Source: Methanothermobacter marburgensis str. Marburg (lineage in GTDB: Archaea > Methanobacteriota > Methanobacteria > Methanobacteriales > Methanothermobacteraceae). From it: a stretch of 32,000 bases of DNA. The translations under genes were made by a program, and so were the position numbers. Numbering within the stretch: position 1 is the first letter of the stretch; every line of letters begins with the position of its first letter. The DNA is taken from positions 450,001 through 482,000 of the forward strand of contig NC_014408.1 of the NCBI RefSeq assembly GCF_000145295.1, written 5' to 3'. A model generated the notes under the pieces. The model ran no database searches and had not been told where the DNA came from. It saw nothing but the letters and a program-made list of their open reading frames with translations. Positions 1 to 9,269 of this stretch are shown here, one piece after another.

Positions 1-1
1 A

Positions 2-955
2 AAGAGTATCCCTGAGATATCAACTGGAGCCAGACCGGTCACATCCGAAACACCCACGAAGGAATCAGAGGATATAAAATCCTCTACTGGGGAGTCATCG
101 GCATCAGAGCCCATCGCTTCAGAGCCGTCAAGGATAGCCCCTATCAGGAAAATCACTCCTGAAAAGGCAATAAGACCTGCTCCCAAAAAGAAATCTCCTG
201 ACATGACTTCAGAAGGCGTTTCTAAATCTAAAAGCACTGAAACTCCCCGTAAAAGGCTGTTCAGCCTTCCAAAACTGAGAAAGGGTAAGGAGGATGAATC
301 TAAAAAGGGCAGGGGTTTACCACCTAAAAAGAAAGCACAGAAACCAGTAAAACCCGCCCCAGTCAGAAGAACACCCTCAAAGACAGATAACAGCTACGTG
401 ACAGAAAGGCTCAAGAAGCTCAAGCAGGAGTACATCGAGAATGTTGATGATGTTGAGGACCTCCTGGAGGACAGGCTGGATTCATTCAAGGGGGCCATAA
501 ACAGGATAAGGGCTGAAACAAGGGAGCCGAGCATAATATGGTCATTTGATGCATCAGATGTGCAGGATGCAATGAGGGAGACCATAACGGCTGCTGAAGA
601 AAGTGTTGTCCTCATGTACCCCTGGATAAGGAACATAGATGTCTCGGTGCTCAAGAAATTCATGGATACAGAGAGCCGCCTGATAATACAGGAGGCAAGT
701 CTTGATGATGAGGCCTCAGTGGAACTTATAAAGGTTTTAATGGACAATAACGTTGAGATAAGGACCATGCCCCATATACATACCGTTGCAGCGGTTGCAG
801 ATGATAAGAACGGACTTATAATATCAACTGACCCGATATATGAGAGTTTCGAGGTTGGTGTTATCTACAAGGACAAGAAATCCATATCTGAAATTAAAAA
901 ACTCTTTGAGGAGGCATGGAATCTTTCAGATGAAATCAACCTGGAGGGAGTTTAG
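2..955 (+). CDS. Hypothetical protein, 5'-truncated by the window edge. Ser/Pro/Glu/Lys-rich low-complexity N-terminal region plus a compact C-terminal domain of unrecognised family
   Basis: The frame of ORF 203..955 stays open with no stop back to nt 2 ([24 protein letters not shown]...), so the ATG at 203 is probably internal. The TAG stop at 953-955 overlaps the GTG start of the next gene (taGtg). GGAGGG at 943-948 serves that next gene. Confidence 0.6.
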   Translation, partial: KSIPEISTGARPVTSETPTKESEDIKSSTGESSASEPIASEPSRIAPIRKITPEKAIRPAPKKKSPDMTSEGVSKSKSTETPRKRLFSLPKLRKGKEDESKKGRGLPPKKKAQKPVKPAPVRRTPSKTDNSYVTERLKKLKQEYIENVDDVEDLLEDRLDSFKGAINRIRAETREPSIIWSFDASDVQDAMRETITAAEESVVLMYPWIRNIDVSVLKKFMDTESRLIIQEASLDDEASVELIKVLMDNNVEIRTMPHIHTVAAVADDKNGLIISTDPIYESFEVGVIYKDKKSISEIKKLFEEAWNLSDEINLEGV

Positions 956-1647
956 TGAAAATTCAGTGGTTTGGACACTCGGCATTTGAGATAACATCGG
1001 ATGACACAAAAATACTCATAGACCCGTTCATAAGCAACAACCCTGTCTGCAGCACTGCGGTGGAGGAATTTGACCCTGACGTCATCTGTGTAACCCATGG
1101 TCACGCAGATCACCTGGGCGATGCAATGGAAATAGCCGACAGGTCAGGTGCCATTTTAATAGCTAACCACGAGCTCTCGGTTTTCTTTGGAAGGCAGGGG
1201 CTTGAAAGTAACGGTATGAACATCGGCGGAACTGTTTCTGTTGACGGAATCACCATAAGGATGGTGGATGCCAAGCACTCCTCAGATATAGACTTCACAG
1301 AGGAGGTCACATCAGGTGGAAGCGCCTGCGGTTACATCATTGAAACCCCTGAGGGGAAGGTGTACCATGCAGGTGACACAGGACTGTTCGCGGATATGAG
1401 GGATGTTATAGGTGCAATTTACCGGCCCGAAATTGCACTTCTACCCATAGGGGACCGCTACACGATGGGGCCAGAGGACGCATCCATCGCCGTGGAATGG
1501 ATAAAACCAGAAAGGGTGTTTCCCATGCACTACAACACCTTTCCAGTAATTGAACAGGACCCGGAGATCTTTGCTGAAATGGTAGGGAGAACCTCCCCTG
1601 AGACAGAGGTCGTTGTCCTTGAGGTTGGGGGAGTCTATGAAGATTAA
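955..1647 (+). CDS. Metallo-beta-lactamase-fold metal-dependent hydrolase (UPF0173-like)
   Basis: 230 aa with the MBL motif [10 protein letters not shown] and later H/D ligands (DAKHS, HAGDTG, PMHYNTF). GTG start preceded by GGAGGG. N-terminus [13 protein letters not shown] is typical of the UPF0173 family as I recall it. Confidence 0.85.
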   Translation: MKIQWFGHSAFEITSDDTKILIDPFISNNPVCSTAVEEFDPDVICVTHGHADHLGDAMEIADRSGAILIANHELSVFFGRQGLESNGMNIGGTVSVDGITIRMVDAKHSSDIDFTEEVTSGGSACGYIIETPEGKVYHAGDTGLFADMRDVIGAIYRPEIALLPIGDRYTMGPEDASIAVEWIKPERVFPMHYNTFPVIEQDPEIFAEMVGRTSPETEVVVLEVGGVYED

Positions 1648-1666
1648 TCATAAAGAAGTGATAAGG

Positions 1667-2287
1667 ATGGCAAATTTTTTCACCAATTTCCTTGATAAAC
1701 TGCTCGGAAGAAACAAGAAACTGAAGATAGGACTCTACGGTCACCCAAATTCCGGTAAAACAACCCTTGCAAACAGGATGTGCGAGGACTGGCTTGGAAA
1801 ACCCCTTGGGCTGACCTCAGAGATACCACACGAGACAAGAACGGTGTATAAACAGGAGAGAATCACCATAGAGAGGGATGGGGCGGAGCTTGACTTTGAC
1901 ATCATTGACACGCCTGGAATAGCAACAAAGGTTGACTACAAGAACTTCCTTGAATTTGGGTTGTCAGAGCAGGAGGCCAAGGAACGGGCCAAGGAGGCCA
2001 CCAAGGGGATAATAGAGGCAATAAAATGGCTCGATGATGTTACTGGGGTACTCCTTGTCATGGATTCATCACAGGACCCTCTGACACAGGCGAATATAAC
2101 AATAATAGGGAACCTTGAGGCGAGGAAAATACCCTTCCTCATAGTTGCAAACAAGATAGACCTTCCAGAGTCATCTCCGGAGAGGATAATATCGGTTTTC
2201 CCCCAGCATACGGTTGTCCCTATCTCAGCACTGCACGGTGAAAACACAGAGGACCTTTACATGCAGATGGTTAAAAAATTCAGGTGA
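1667..2287 (+). CDS. Small Era/EngA-like GTP-binding protein
   Basis: G1 P-loop GHPNSGKT, G3 DTPG, G4 NKID. I chose the ATG at 1667 (MANFFTNFL...) over the track start at 1613, which overlaps the upstream gene by 35 nt. Confidence 0.85.
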   Translation: MANFFTNFLDKLLGRNKKLKIGLYGHPNSGKTTLANRMCEDWLGKPLGLTSEIPHETRTVYKQERITIERDGAELDFDIIDTPGIATKVDYKNFLEFGLSEQEAKERAKEATKGIIEAIKWLDDVTGVLLVMDSSQDPLTQANITIIGNLEARKIPFLIVANKIDLPESSPERIISVFPQHTVVPISALHGENTEDLYMQMVKKFR

Positions 2288-2297
2288 GGGGTTAAAA

Positions 2298-2666
2298 ATG
2301 GATGGCTTGAAAATGGATTTTCTTTCATCAGAGGCTCTTGAGGATAAAAGCAGCATGGAAAAGATCTCAATGATCATAGACCGTGTGAAGGATGGGGACA
2401 TACTGGTTCTGGAGGGAAGTCTTTCACCCTCAGAGGAGGCTGAACTCATAGAGACCACCATGAGGGAGATCGACATTGAAAACTTTGTGGGAATAGACAT
2501 ATACACACTTGAAAAGGATGAGAAGGCATTTCTGGGACTCTCAAAAAGAAGGACAGTTGGACTCACCATAATAGGACCTGCCAATGTAATGCGAACAGTC
2601 AAGAGGAAGTCAAACTTCCTCTCAATGATTGCAGAGATCGGTGATTCAGGTGCATCAGTGCATTAA
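2298..2666 (+). CDS. Conserved archaeal protein of unknown function (DUF2073-like, from memory)
   Basis: The ATG at 2298 lies 8 nt after AGGTGAGGGG (2283-2292) and 11 nt after the GTPase stop. The track start at 2214 would overlap the GTPase by 74 nt. Acidic 122-aa product ([17 protein letters not shown]...). Confidence 0.75.
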   Translation: MDGLKMDFLSSEALEDKSSMEKISMIIDRVKDGDILVLEGSLSPSEEAELIETTMREIDIENFVGIDIYTLEKDEKAFLGLSKRRTVGLTIIGPANVMRTVKRKSNFLSMIAEIGDSGASVH

Positions 2667-2937
2667 GTGCGGGGAGAAGTTCAGGTCTTCAGAGGAACTA
2701 AAGAATGGATGTCCAAAATGTGGAAGCAGGTACTTCAGGTATGTGGCCGACAGGAGGGCCCCTGAACCGGTGGGGGACCCCATTGAGACCATAATGGTCA
2801 GGAAGAACGGTATATATGAGGTTAACCTAACCTCCCTGCTTGAGGATGACTCAATAATCGTCTCTGATGAGGAGGGCAAATACTTCATTGATCTGAACTT
2901 CCTGCTCAAGAAGAACCTTAAGAGGAGGGTTAAATAA
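2650..2937 (+). CDS. Zn-ribbon protein (CxxC-x17-CxxC), DUF2072-like
   Basis: CIKCGEKF...CPKCGSRYF double CxxC. The GTG at 2650 lies 5 nt after GGTGA (2640-2644). Alternative in-frame starts are TTG 2629 and GTG 2641. Overlaps the previous gene by 17 nt, which suggests translational coupling. Confidence 0.7.
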   Translation: MHQCIKCGEKFRSSEELKNGCPKCGSRYFRYVADRRAPEPVGDPIETIMVRKNGIYEVNLTSLLEDDSIIVSDEEGKYFIDLNFLLKKNLKRRVK

Positions 2938-2938
2938 C

Positions 2939-4900
2939 CTAATCTCCCGTAACAATGTCACCCTTTCCAGGTGGAAGGACCCTTACAAAGTCCTCAAGCT
3001 GGAATAGATTCTCAGGATCGATTTTTGATTTTATGGCCTTTGCAAGGGCCTCTTTTTTGGTGTAACCGGGTTTTACCACGACAAAATTATCTGTTCTTTT
3101 TTTCACCGCTGATGGGGGGCCGCACATCACCCTCTCCCCATCGTGGTCCACCACACCAACAGCCACCTTGAGGGGAACACCCCTTATGTAATTCCTGGTG
3201 CCCCTTATGATGAAGGCCCCCCTTGCTACGAATTCCCCGGACCTGGGAGTCTTTGAAACCTGTTCTGGATGGACCCAGTAGACATCCAGGGATGTGAACC
3301 CCCGGGTCCAGGCACTTGAAAATGACGCTGCAAAAACCGCGGCTTCCTGAATGGTTGTTTCGGGGACCTCCCGACCCTCACTTTTTATAACCACCGATGG
3401 AGCACCATGGATATCTGAGTGGAGGTATATGTCCCTTGGCTCCATATGCCTCTTCACCACCATCTCGTTGGTGCCGGCGTCCCTTCCACCAATTACAAGG
3501 AAGTCGTCTGATGAGATGAACCAGCGGAATTTTTCAAACCAGCGGAGTTTCCTCTTAACCCTTTTCTGCGGGACCATGATGTTTCTGAGTGCGTCGTCCC
3601 TTCTCTTCTCAACCTTCTCAATTTCTCTCTCTGTTTTCTCGATTGCCTGGAGCACACCCTTTATTTTCCTTTTGGCTTTCTTGGCCTTTTCATAGTAGAC
3701 CTCTGCGTTCTCTGGAACCCCCAGCGTCGGGTCAATCCTTATCCTTTCACCGTCAATAAGAAGTGTCATGTTTCCCATCCCATCGATCTCCTGGATCATC
3801 TGGGCCTCCACCATTCCCTTACTGCGGGCATCAGCTATTATCTTCCGTATTTCCTTCCAGGAGTATTTTTCACGGGCATCCCTTATTGTTCTAAGCACAT
3901 CCTCAACGGCTGCGTAGTGTGCATATAGGAGGTCGCCCTTTCTTGTTGAGGTATCTATTGTGTCCTGGAATTTCTGGAGGGTCTCCCTCTGTATCCTGAG
4001 TCGCTTTCTGAATTTCTCAACCTCTTTCTCCCACTCAGCCTCATGGACCTTCCTGAGTTCCTCCCTGAATATTGAACTGAAGAACTCGTCTGCAGCCTCG
4101 TTGAAGGTTTCAAAGTACTCCCTCTCCCTATCACGGTACACCATGAGTTCAATGGGGAGCACGTCACCCTCACCGTTCTTTATGATGTGGGGGTTGAATT
4201 TGAGGTCCCTGAGCGGCTTGAAGAGTTCATTTATTGCAGACTCGATTTTTTCTATCTCATCTCTGCTCAGGGTGCTGGCTGCTCTTTTCTTGTCGAGACC
4301 GGACCTCAGGATGATCTCCTCTGCATAGAGGCCCCCAAACCCGTTTCTTGCAAGGGTCCTTATGAGGTCGGTGTCTGAGTTTTTCAGCATCTCCTCAAGT
4401 TCACCTATCTCATATCTGAGGGGGTGGATACCCCTTGAGGGGGGGTACTCATACCTTTCACGGGACGCTATTCGACGGTCACTCCAGGTTTTCCGTTTAA
4501 GGGGCAGTATTATCTCCCCTTCCTGGTTCAGGAGTATTATGTTCCCCTTTGAGAACAGTTCCACCACGAGGGTGTATTTCTGCTCCTTCTCGATTTCTAT
4601 CTCCACTATCCTGTCAAAGCTGTGCTGCCGGACCTCCCTCACGATTCCACCCCTGAGGTGCTTTCGGAGGAGCATGGGGAATGATGGGGGAATCTTTGGA
4701 TTTTCAGGGGGATAATCTGTTCTGTGTATCCTGACACCTGCCTGCATAACCACATCCATCCTCCCCTCGCCCGGCACATGGAATCTGATTATCACAGTGT
4801 CCCTGAGGGGTTGATAGGCCTTATCCACCCTGGCACCACTTAGAATATCATTGAGTTCCCTGGTAACTGCAAAAACATCAACGTTTGACATTGTCTTCAT
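2939..4900 (-). CDS. NFACT-family protein (fibronectin-binding protein A N-terminal / DUF814; archaeal Rqc2/RqcH/NEMF homologue)
   Basis: About 653 aa with an N-terminal NFACT-N-like region ([14 protein letters not shown]...), a long Lys/Glu coiled-coil middle, and a C-terminal NFACT-R/DUF814-like block ([19 protein letters not shown]...[17 protein letters not shown]). I chose the ATG at 4900, which lies 6 nt after GAGGTG (4912-4907 on the minus strand). The track start GTG at 4909 sits inside that SD. Confidence 0.85.
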   Translation of the reverse strand: MKTMSNVDVFAVTRELNDILSGARVDKAYQPLRDTVIIRFHVPGEGRMDVVMQAGVRIHRTDYPPENPKIPPSFPMLLRKHLRGGIVREVRQHSFDRIVEIEIEKEQKYTLVVELFSKGNIILLNQEGEIILPLKRKTWSDRRIASRERYEYPPSRGIHPLRYEIGELEEMLKNSDTDLIRTLARNGFGGLYAEEIILRSGLDKKRAASTLSRDEIEKIESAINELFKPLRDLKFNPHIIKNGEGDVLPIELMVYRDREREYFETFNEAADEFFSSIFREELRKVHEAEWEKEVEKFRKRLRIQRETLQKFQDTIDTSTRKGDLLYAHYAAVEDVLRTIRDAREKYSWKEIRKIIADARSKGMVEAQMIQEIDGMGNMTLLIDGERIRIDPTLGVPENAEVYYEKAKKAKRKIKGVLQAIEKTEREIEKVEKRRDDALRNIMVPQKRVKRKLRWFEKFRWFISSDDFLVIGGRDAGTNEMVVKRHMEPRDIYLHSDIHGAPSVVIKSEGREVPETTIQEAAVFAASFSSAWTRGFTSLDVYWVHPEQVSKTPRSGEFVARGAFIIRGTRNYIRGVPLKVAVGVVDHDGERVMCGPPSAVKKRTDNFVVVKPGYTKKEALAKAIKSKIDPENLFQLEDFVRVLPPGKGDIVTGD

Positions 4901-4964
4901 ATTCAACACCTCGCAAGAAACAGAAGTCCGACGGCTTTAAGTATTTAATGATGGTATAATAATA

Positions 4965-5000
4965 TCTTTCCATGGTTCGATGTCTTTCCATGGTTCGATG
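4965..5000. repeat. Perfect 2 x 18-bp tandem direct repeat (tctttccatggttcgatg) in a divergent promoter region
   Basis: Read directly: 4965-4982 and 4983-5000 are identical. Each unit contains a CCATGG palindrome. The second unit plus flank forms tttccat-N6-atggaaa inverted arms. Confidence 0.95.
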
Positions 5001-5050
5001 GAAAAGTTTTAAGACCATCAAGATAATAAAAACTCTCTGGAGGTTTTAAT

Positions 5051-5344
5051 ATGGATATTGATGCTAAAATGACTGCTCTTCACGTTCCAGCAGGTATAGT
5101 GGCTGCTGTGGTGTCATTTTACCTTTCAAATGGTTCAATAGCAGTTCTTGGAAAAAATCAGGCGCTCGGCACCTTCGTGGGCCTTGTGATTCTGTTGATT
5201 GTTGGAAATATTGCAGAAAGGTTATTCGGTAAGGAAGAGGTTGGGGGATTCAAGGGGTGGCTCTGGAGCGGTATAGTGCCATTTCTCTTCATCTGGTTCG
5301 TTGTATGGGCAATACTCATAACTTCAACCACAATAACCCCATAG
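5051..5344 (+). CDS. Small integral membrane protein (about 3 TM segments), unknown function
   Basis: 97 aa. GGAGGT at 5038-5043 lies 7 nt before the ATG. Three hydrophobic stretches (AGIVAAVVSFYL; LGTFVGLVILLIVGNI; IVPFLFIWFVVWAILI). Confidence 0.7.
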   Translation: MDIDAKMTALHVPAGIVAAVVSFYLSNGSIAVLGKNQALGTFVGLVILLIVGNIAERLFGKEEVGGFKGWLWSGIVPFLFIWFVVWAILITSTTITP

Positions 5345-5378
5345 ATTCCTTTCAACAACATAACTCTATGGATTCCTC

Positions 5379-5384
5379 TTTTTT
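5379..5384 (+). terminator. Oligo-T tract downstream of the small membrane-protein gene
   Basis: ctcTTTTTTc lies 35 nt after the stop at 5344. Archaeal termination typically uses oligo-T runs. It abuts the stop codon of the convergent gene. Confidence 0.3.
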
Positions 5385-7201
5385 CAGGCCCAGTAGAATA
5401 TCCAGGCAAAGACGAATATAAGTGCAAGTACGAATATGAGGGGTGCTATCAAACGGCTCACAGCAACGATTGAACTTATGGTTGATACGAGTTCCGTTGA
5501 ATTGGTGGGGCCGAGGGTATTCAGACCCCTTATTCTAACGACCCGGCACCCTGCCCTTACCTCCTCAAGGTCATCAACCGCCTCTGAAACCGCCTTTTTG
5601 ATCTCTTCTATGATCTCATCCCTTCTGTGTTTTCCGATGGGGTTGTGGCCTCCTGAAAGGGTGTTCACAAAGTGGGTGTCGGTTGTCATAACCTCGGCTT
5701 CATCTATGTCCAGCTTCAGAAGTTCCTCCAGTATCTCGTCCCTGAAGCCCATGACCATGTTATTGGCGTCAAGGAGCACGTAGGCAGTCCTCTGTTCTCC
5801 GGCCTCAACCACCATGACCATAACTCCGCTCTGTCCAATACCATCCTCCTTTGAGAGTCCATCCATTTTCCTCTGGGCACAGCCAACCCTCAGCTTATGG
5901 TGGCGTGGAGGGCACTCAATGGAGTCCACAGCATCAAGTAGGTCGAACATTTCAGGGTTACCTGCAAGTATCCGGCCTGTTTCGCCCTGGAATGAGTTGT
6001 GACAGTCCACAACAACCACATTTTTTGATCCGCAGCGGCCCCCTGCAAGGTTCATCATTGAAAGCCCCACACCAAATTCTATGTCATCAAATCCACTGGG
6101 GGCCATTGTTGCAAGGATCAGCATGCCATCGCCAAGGAACTGGACTCCGATGGTGGCGCTGTTTCTGGTGTATCTCCTGAATTTACTGGCGCCCTCATGG
6201 TACTCCATACCATCAAGTGCCTCCCTGACGGCACTCTCAACCTTTTCCAGTTCCCGCACGGATACCGGGTTGAAGTCATGGGTTGAAGGGCCATGGGCCA
6301 CCATTGTGAATGTGTCAAATCTCTCAGAGAGTATGGTGGGCATGTTGGCACCGCCTATGGTCCCTATTGGACCCGGGTGTACAGAGGGGCTTATGAATAG
6401 GGCCTTTATATCGGAGCCCCTCTGGAATGCCACCACGCCCGCAAGGGTGTCCACGGGTTCACCGATCTCACTGAAGATGCTTTCAAGTTCAGGCGAATCC
6501 TCGGTTATATGTGAGAGAAAGAGGCTCAGGAACTCCAGTGAGCCGACTCCAAGGTTCTTTCTCATTGGTGACTCAACCACCATGACAAATGAGTAGATGG
6601 CAAGTATGAGCATTGCTGAGGCAACAAGTATCTTCAGTAAAAATCCTATCACACTGAAGTAGCCAATGTTTGTGGCGAGGCTCAGGAATGCCACAACGAT
6701 GTTCATGCTCACTATTAGAACTGGTTGCACAGAGGATATCAGGGTTGAATTTGTGAAGCTTATGTTTGAGGTTCCCCAGATCACCAGCAGGCGGAAGGCG
6801 AATATAACAGCAGAGGCGAGTATTATGGAGTTGAGTATGAGGTCGCTCTGCAGTAGGGATGATGCCAGGCACCCCCCAAGGTAGATGAGGGAGAAGATCA
6901 TCATGGAGAAGAATGCCAGGAACATGGACTGCTTCATCTTCATCCTTCTACCACCCAGCGAGTTGACCCATGGCTGGGTGATGGCACCGGCCATTATTGA
7001 TGAAAATCCAAGGACAAGCACTCCATTGGTTCCCCCATAAAGTATGTCATGGAGTACGCTTATCCCAGGGACCATATCGATTATAAACCCCACAGCACCC
7101 ACAACGAAGCTTATAAATATCATTGAGAGGAGTGATATTTCGGTTTTCGGGAGGGTCATGATGTACTTTGAGAGATCAGTCACATTCTTTGTGCTTGACA
7201 T
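5384..7201 (-). CDS. Large polytopic membrane protein with an embedded soluble His/Asp-rich domain (DUF2070-like, from memory)
   Basis: 605 aa. About 6-7 N-terminal TM segments, a roughly 350-aa hydrophilic domain with conserved-looking motifs (VHPGPIG, AHGPSTHDFN, VVDCHNSF, TTDTHFVN), and one C-terminal TM segment (LIAPLIFVLALIFVFAWIFYWA). Confidence 0.8.
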   Translation of the reverse strand: MSSTKNVTDLSKYIMTLPKTEISLLSMIFISFVVGAVGFIIDMVPGISVLHDILYGGTNGVLVLGFSSIMAGAITQPWVNSLGGRRMKMKQSMFLAFFSMMIFSLIYLGGCLASSLLQSDLILNSIILASAVIFAFRLLVIWGTSNISFTNSTLISSVQPVLIVSMNIVVAFLSLATNIGYFSVIGFLLKILVASAMLILAIYSFVMVVESPMRKNLGVGSLEFLSLFLSHITEDSPELESIFSEIGEPVDTLAGVVAFQRGSDIKALFISPSVHPGPIGTIGGANMPTILSERFDTFTMVAHGPSTHDFNPVSVRELEKVESAVREALDGMEYHEGASKFRRYTRNSATIGVQFLGDGMLILATMAPSGFDDIEFGVGLSMMNLAGGRCGSKNVVVVDCHNSFQGETGRILAGNPEMFDLLDAVDSIECPPRHHKLRVGCAQRKMDGLSKEDGIGQSGVMVMVVEAGEQRTAYVLLDANNMVMGFRDEILEELLKLDIDEAEVMTTDTHFVNTLSGGHNPIGKHRRDEIIEEIKKAVSEAVDDLEEVRAGCRVVRIRGLNTLGPTNSTELVSTISSIVAVSRLIAPLIFVLALIFVFAWIFYWA

Positions 7202-7384
7202 ATTCTACCTCAACAAGTTCTGGGATCTACTGGAGAAAGATATTTAAAAATTTGATCCATATTAAATTTATTCAGCAGCATCACTCTTGGCATGCTCTGG
7301 AGTTTAACTTTAACTGATGAATGATCCACGTCGTTCTGCAGTGCATCCCACTGATCGCTTTATACAGGCACGGGAGATGTTTTT

Positions 7385-7981
7385 ATGGAGATAAAACTTA
7401 AAACACCACTTTCAGATGAGGTAACCGAACTTAAAGCTGGTGACATCGTTTACATCACAGGAAAAATATTCACGGCCCGTGACAGGGCCCATAAAAGGAT
7501 AATTGAGAGGGGAGCCCCCTTTGATATTGAGGGCTCTGTTATATTCCATGCAGGACCCATAATAAGGTTTGAAGAGGAACCTGATACCAGCGCTGAGTCG
7601 ATAACTGAACCACCCGCACGGCTTGTGGTTGTGGGGCCCACCACAAGCGGGAGAATGAACCCCTTCCAGCCAGAGGTTATAGAGATGGGTGTGAGGGCGG
7701 TTATAGGTAAGGGGGGAATGGATGATAGAACCCGGAATGCCCTCAGAAAAAAAGGCGCTGTTTACCTTGCAGCCGTGGGGGGCTGTGCGGCACTCTATGG
7801 CTCGGCAGTTAAGGGTATAGCAGCAGTGCACTGGCTGGACCTCGGTGTGCCTGAGGCGGTATGGGAACTGGAGGTCGAGGACTTCGGGCCCCTCATAGTT
7901 GCCATGGACTCGGATGGTAGAAGCCTCTATGAAACCTCAGATGATGAATACGACCTTGAGGTCCAGAGGATACTCGATTGA
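7385..7981 (+). CDS. fumB: Class I (Fe-S type) fumarate hydratase / tartrate dehydratase beta subunit (C-terminal domain type)
   Basis: 198 aa. [34 protein letters not shown] and AVIGKGGM are characteristic of the Fe-S hydro-lyase beta subunit. A TTTATACA box at about 7358-7365 lies roughly 20 nt upstream of the ATG. Confidence 0.85.
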   Translation: MEIKLKTPLSDEVTELKAGDIVYITGKIFTARDRAHKRIIERGAPFDIEGSVIFHAGPIIRFEEEPDTSAESITEPPARLVVVGPTTSGRMNPFQPEVIEMGVRAVIGKGGMDDRTRNALRKKGAVYLAAVGGCAALYGSAVKGIAAVHWLDLGVPEAVWELEVEDFGPLIVAMDSDGRSLYETSDDEYDLEVQRILD

Positions 7982-7994
7982 GTGTGTGAGCGGG

Positions 7995-8774
7995 ATGTTT
8001 GACTTCAGCCTCTCGGAGCACATTAAACTCGATGGACTTGTGGACACCCATATCCACACAGCCCCCGATGTGAGGGATAGATTCATGAATGACATTGAAC
8101 TTGCTTCCGCCGCACTCAGGGAGGGTATGGAGGCTGTTGTGATAAAGAGCCACACTGAACCCACCTCAGGGAGGGCGGCGCTGGCCTCTGAGGTTACGGG
8201 TATGCGGGTCATTGGGGGCGTTACACTGAACACTCCGGTGGGGGGCCTCAACCCGGACGCGGTCCATGCCGCAGCCATGATGGGCGGAAGGTTCGTCTGG
8301 TTACCCACGGTCTCGGCCGGGAGGGCTGAGGGTGACCTTGATGGTGTTATTTCTGCTGTTGCTGAACATGACATGGTCCTGGGAACCGGGCACCTGAAGC
8401 CCCCTGAGATATTCCATGTGCTTGACCTTGCTGCAGATTATGGTGTCGGTAAAATTATCATTAACCATCCACTGACGGGTGTTGTGGGTGCCACCCTGGA
8501 GGAGCAGAGGGAGATGTCAAGGCGGGCTTACCTTGAGCACTGCCTTGTGGCCTGCATGCCCCGCCATGATGGACTTGACTTTGAACGCATAGTCGAATCT
8601 GTGAGGTATGTTGGTTCTGAAAGGTGCATAATGGCTACTGACTTTGGGCAGGGCCACAATCCATCCCCCATTGCAGGCATGAAGCAGTTCATATACCTCA
8701 TGAGGGAGCATGGATTTTCCCACTTAGATATAACGATGATGTGCCGGGATAACCCCCTTGAACTGATATCCTGA
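7995..8774 (+). CDS. Putative metal-dependent hydrolase, amidohydrolase-like TIM barrel
   Basis: HxH motif (VDTHIHTAPD) followed by spaced His/Asp candidates (IKSH, GTGHL, INHP, ATDFG). I chose the ATG at 7995 (the GTG at 7986 is also possible). The track start at 7899 overlaps fumB by 83 nt. Confidence 0.7.
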   Translation: MFDFSLSEHIKLDGLVDTHIHTAPDVRDRFMNDIELASAALREGMEAVVIKSHTEPTSGRAALASEVTGMRVIGGVTLNTPVGGLNPDAVHAAAMMGGRFVWLPTVSAGRAEGDLDGVISAVAEHDMVLGTGHLKPPEIFHVLDLAADYGVGKIIINHPLTGVVGATLEEQREMSRRAYLEHCLVACMPRHDGLDFERIVESVRYVGSERCIMATDFGQGHNPSPIAGMKQFIYLMREHGFSHLDITMMCRDNPLELIS

Positions 8775-8776
8775 CG

Positions 8777-8782
8777 TTTTTT
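8777..8782 (+). terminator. Oligo-T tract immediately after the hydrolase gene
   Basis: tgaCGTTTTTTaag begins 3 nt after the stop codon. Confidence 0.35.
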
Positions 8783-8831
8783 AAGAAAATCAGATTTATT
8801 AACCTTATCTTTCTGCTATCAAAAATTATAT

Positions 8832-9212
8832 ATGAGAAATTGGATTAAGGGTGAAATCAACCTTTATAACTGTGCGAGTGATATGATGTCCGATAAAAAG
8901 ATTGAAAAGGAGCTTAAAAAGAGAATAAATCAATTTAAAAAGCTTTTGAAGAATGATGATGAACGTGAGAACTTTTATAACAACATATGTGGTTCCGAAA
9001 TCCTTGTGAGGATTGAAATATTTCTCCCCTCAAGCAACCCTGAAAGGTACTATGACGGGCTTTTCCTTTACCTCAATGATGAGGGCAGAATAGTGAACGC
9101 AGAGTACTACTACAATGAGGGCGGCGAGGGGGCCATCACACAGCTCGACGATAAATCCCTTGAGGTTGTAAGGGAGCTCTTTGAGGATGAGCTATCCCTT
9201 GAGATCGAATGA
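8832..9212 (+). CDS. Hypothetical small acidic protein with no recognisable family
   Basis: ORF sits in an A/T-rich island. The ATG at 8832 lies inside a TATA-like run (aaaaattatatATG), so the true start may be the ATG at 8883 or 8886 (MMSDKKIEKELKK...). A T6 run follows the stop. Confidence 0.5.
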   Translation: MRNWIKGEINLYNCASDMMSDKKIEKELKKRINQFKKLLKNDDERENFYNNICGSEILVRIEIFLPSSNPERYYDGLFLYLNDEGRIVNAEYYYNEGGEGAITQLDDKSLEVVRELFEDELSLEIE

Positions 9213-9220
9213 TCCTGGGA

Positions 9221-9226
9221 TTTTTT
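9221..9226 (+). terminator. Oligo-T tract after the hypothetical gene
   Basis: gggaTTTTTTgggggg lies 9 nt after the stop at 9212. Confidence 0.35.
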
Positions 9227-9257
9227 GGGGGGCTACACCAGACTTAAGAAACTTTAA

Positions 9258-9269
9258 CTTTATTTATAA
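9258..9269 (+). promoter_or_regulatory. Candidate TATA box for the NYN/PLP gene pair
   Basis: CTTTATTTATAA lies about 52 nt upstream of the ATG at 9321, with GTGGAGG (9304-9310) as the SD. The spacing is compatible with archaeal box A at about -25 and a leader of about 25-30 nt. Confidence 0.4.

Noticed and set aside
1613-2297. Extended N-termini from the ORF track (GTPase at 1613, DUF2073-like at 2214; similarly 7899 for the hydrolase, 4909 for NFACT and 24222 for S8)
   Set aside because: Each extension overlaps the upstream gene or covers the gene's own SD. Downstream starts have properly spaced GGTGA/GAGGTG sites and family-typical N-termini.
4971-5000. GGTTCGATG motifs resembling a tRNA T-loop (GGTTCGAAT)
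   Set aside because: The flanking bases cannot form a T-stem, and no acceptor or anticodon arms can be drawn. The motif is simply part of the 18-bp tandem repeat.
5436-6884. Multiple plus-strand ORFs of 60-171 aa (for example 6081..6596) inside the 5384..7201 gene
   Set aside because: All are antisense to a long, coherent membrane-protein ORF and look like shadow frames.
7314-7354. Possible C/D-box sRNA (cTGATGA ... CTGA) in the 7202-7384 intergenic region
   Set aside because: Only 41 nt separate the C-like and D-like boxes. There are no credible C' or D' boxes and no terminal stem, and the C box is preceded by C rather than a purine. This is most likely chance within a divergent promoter.
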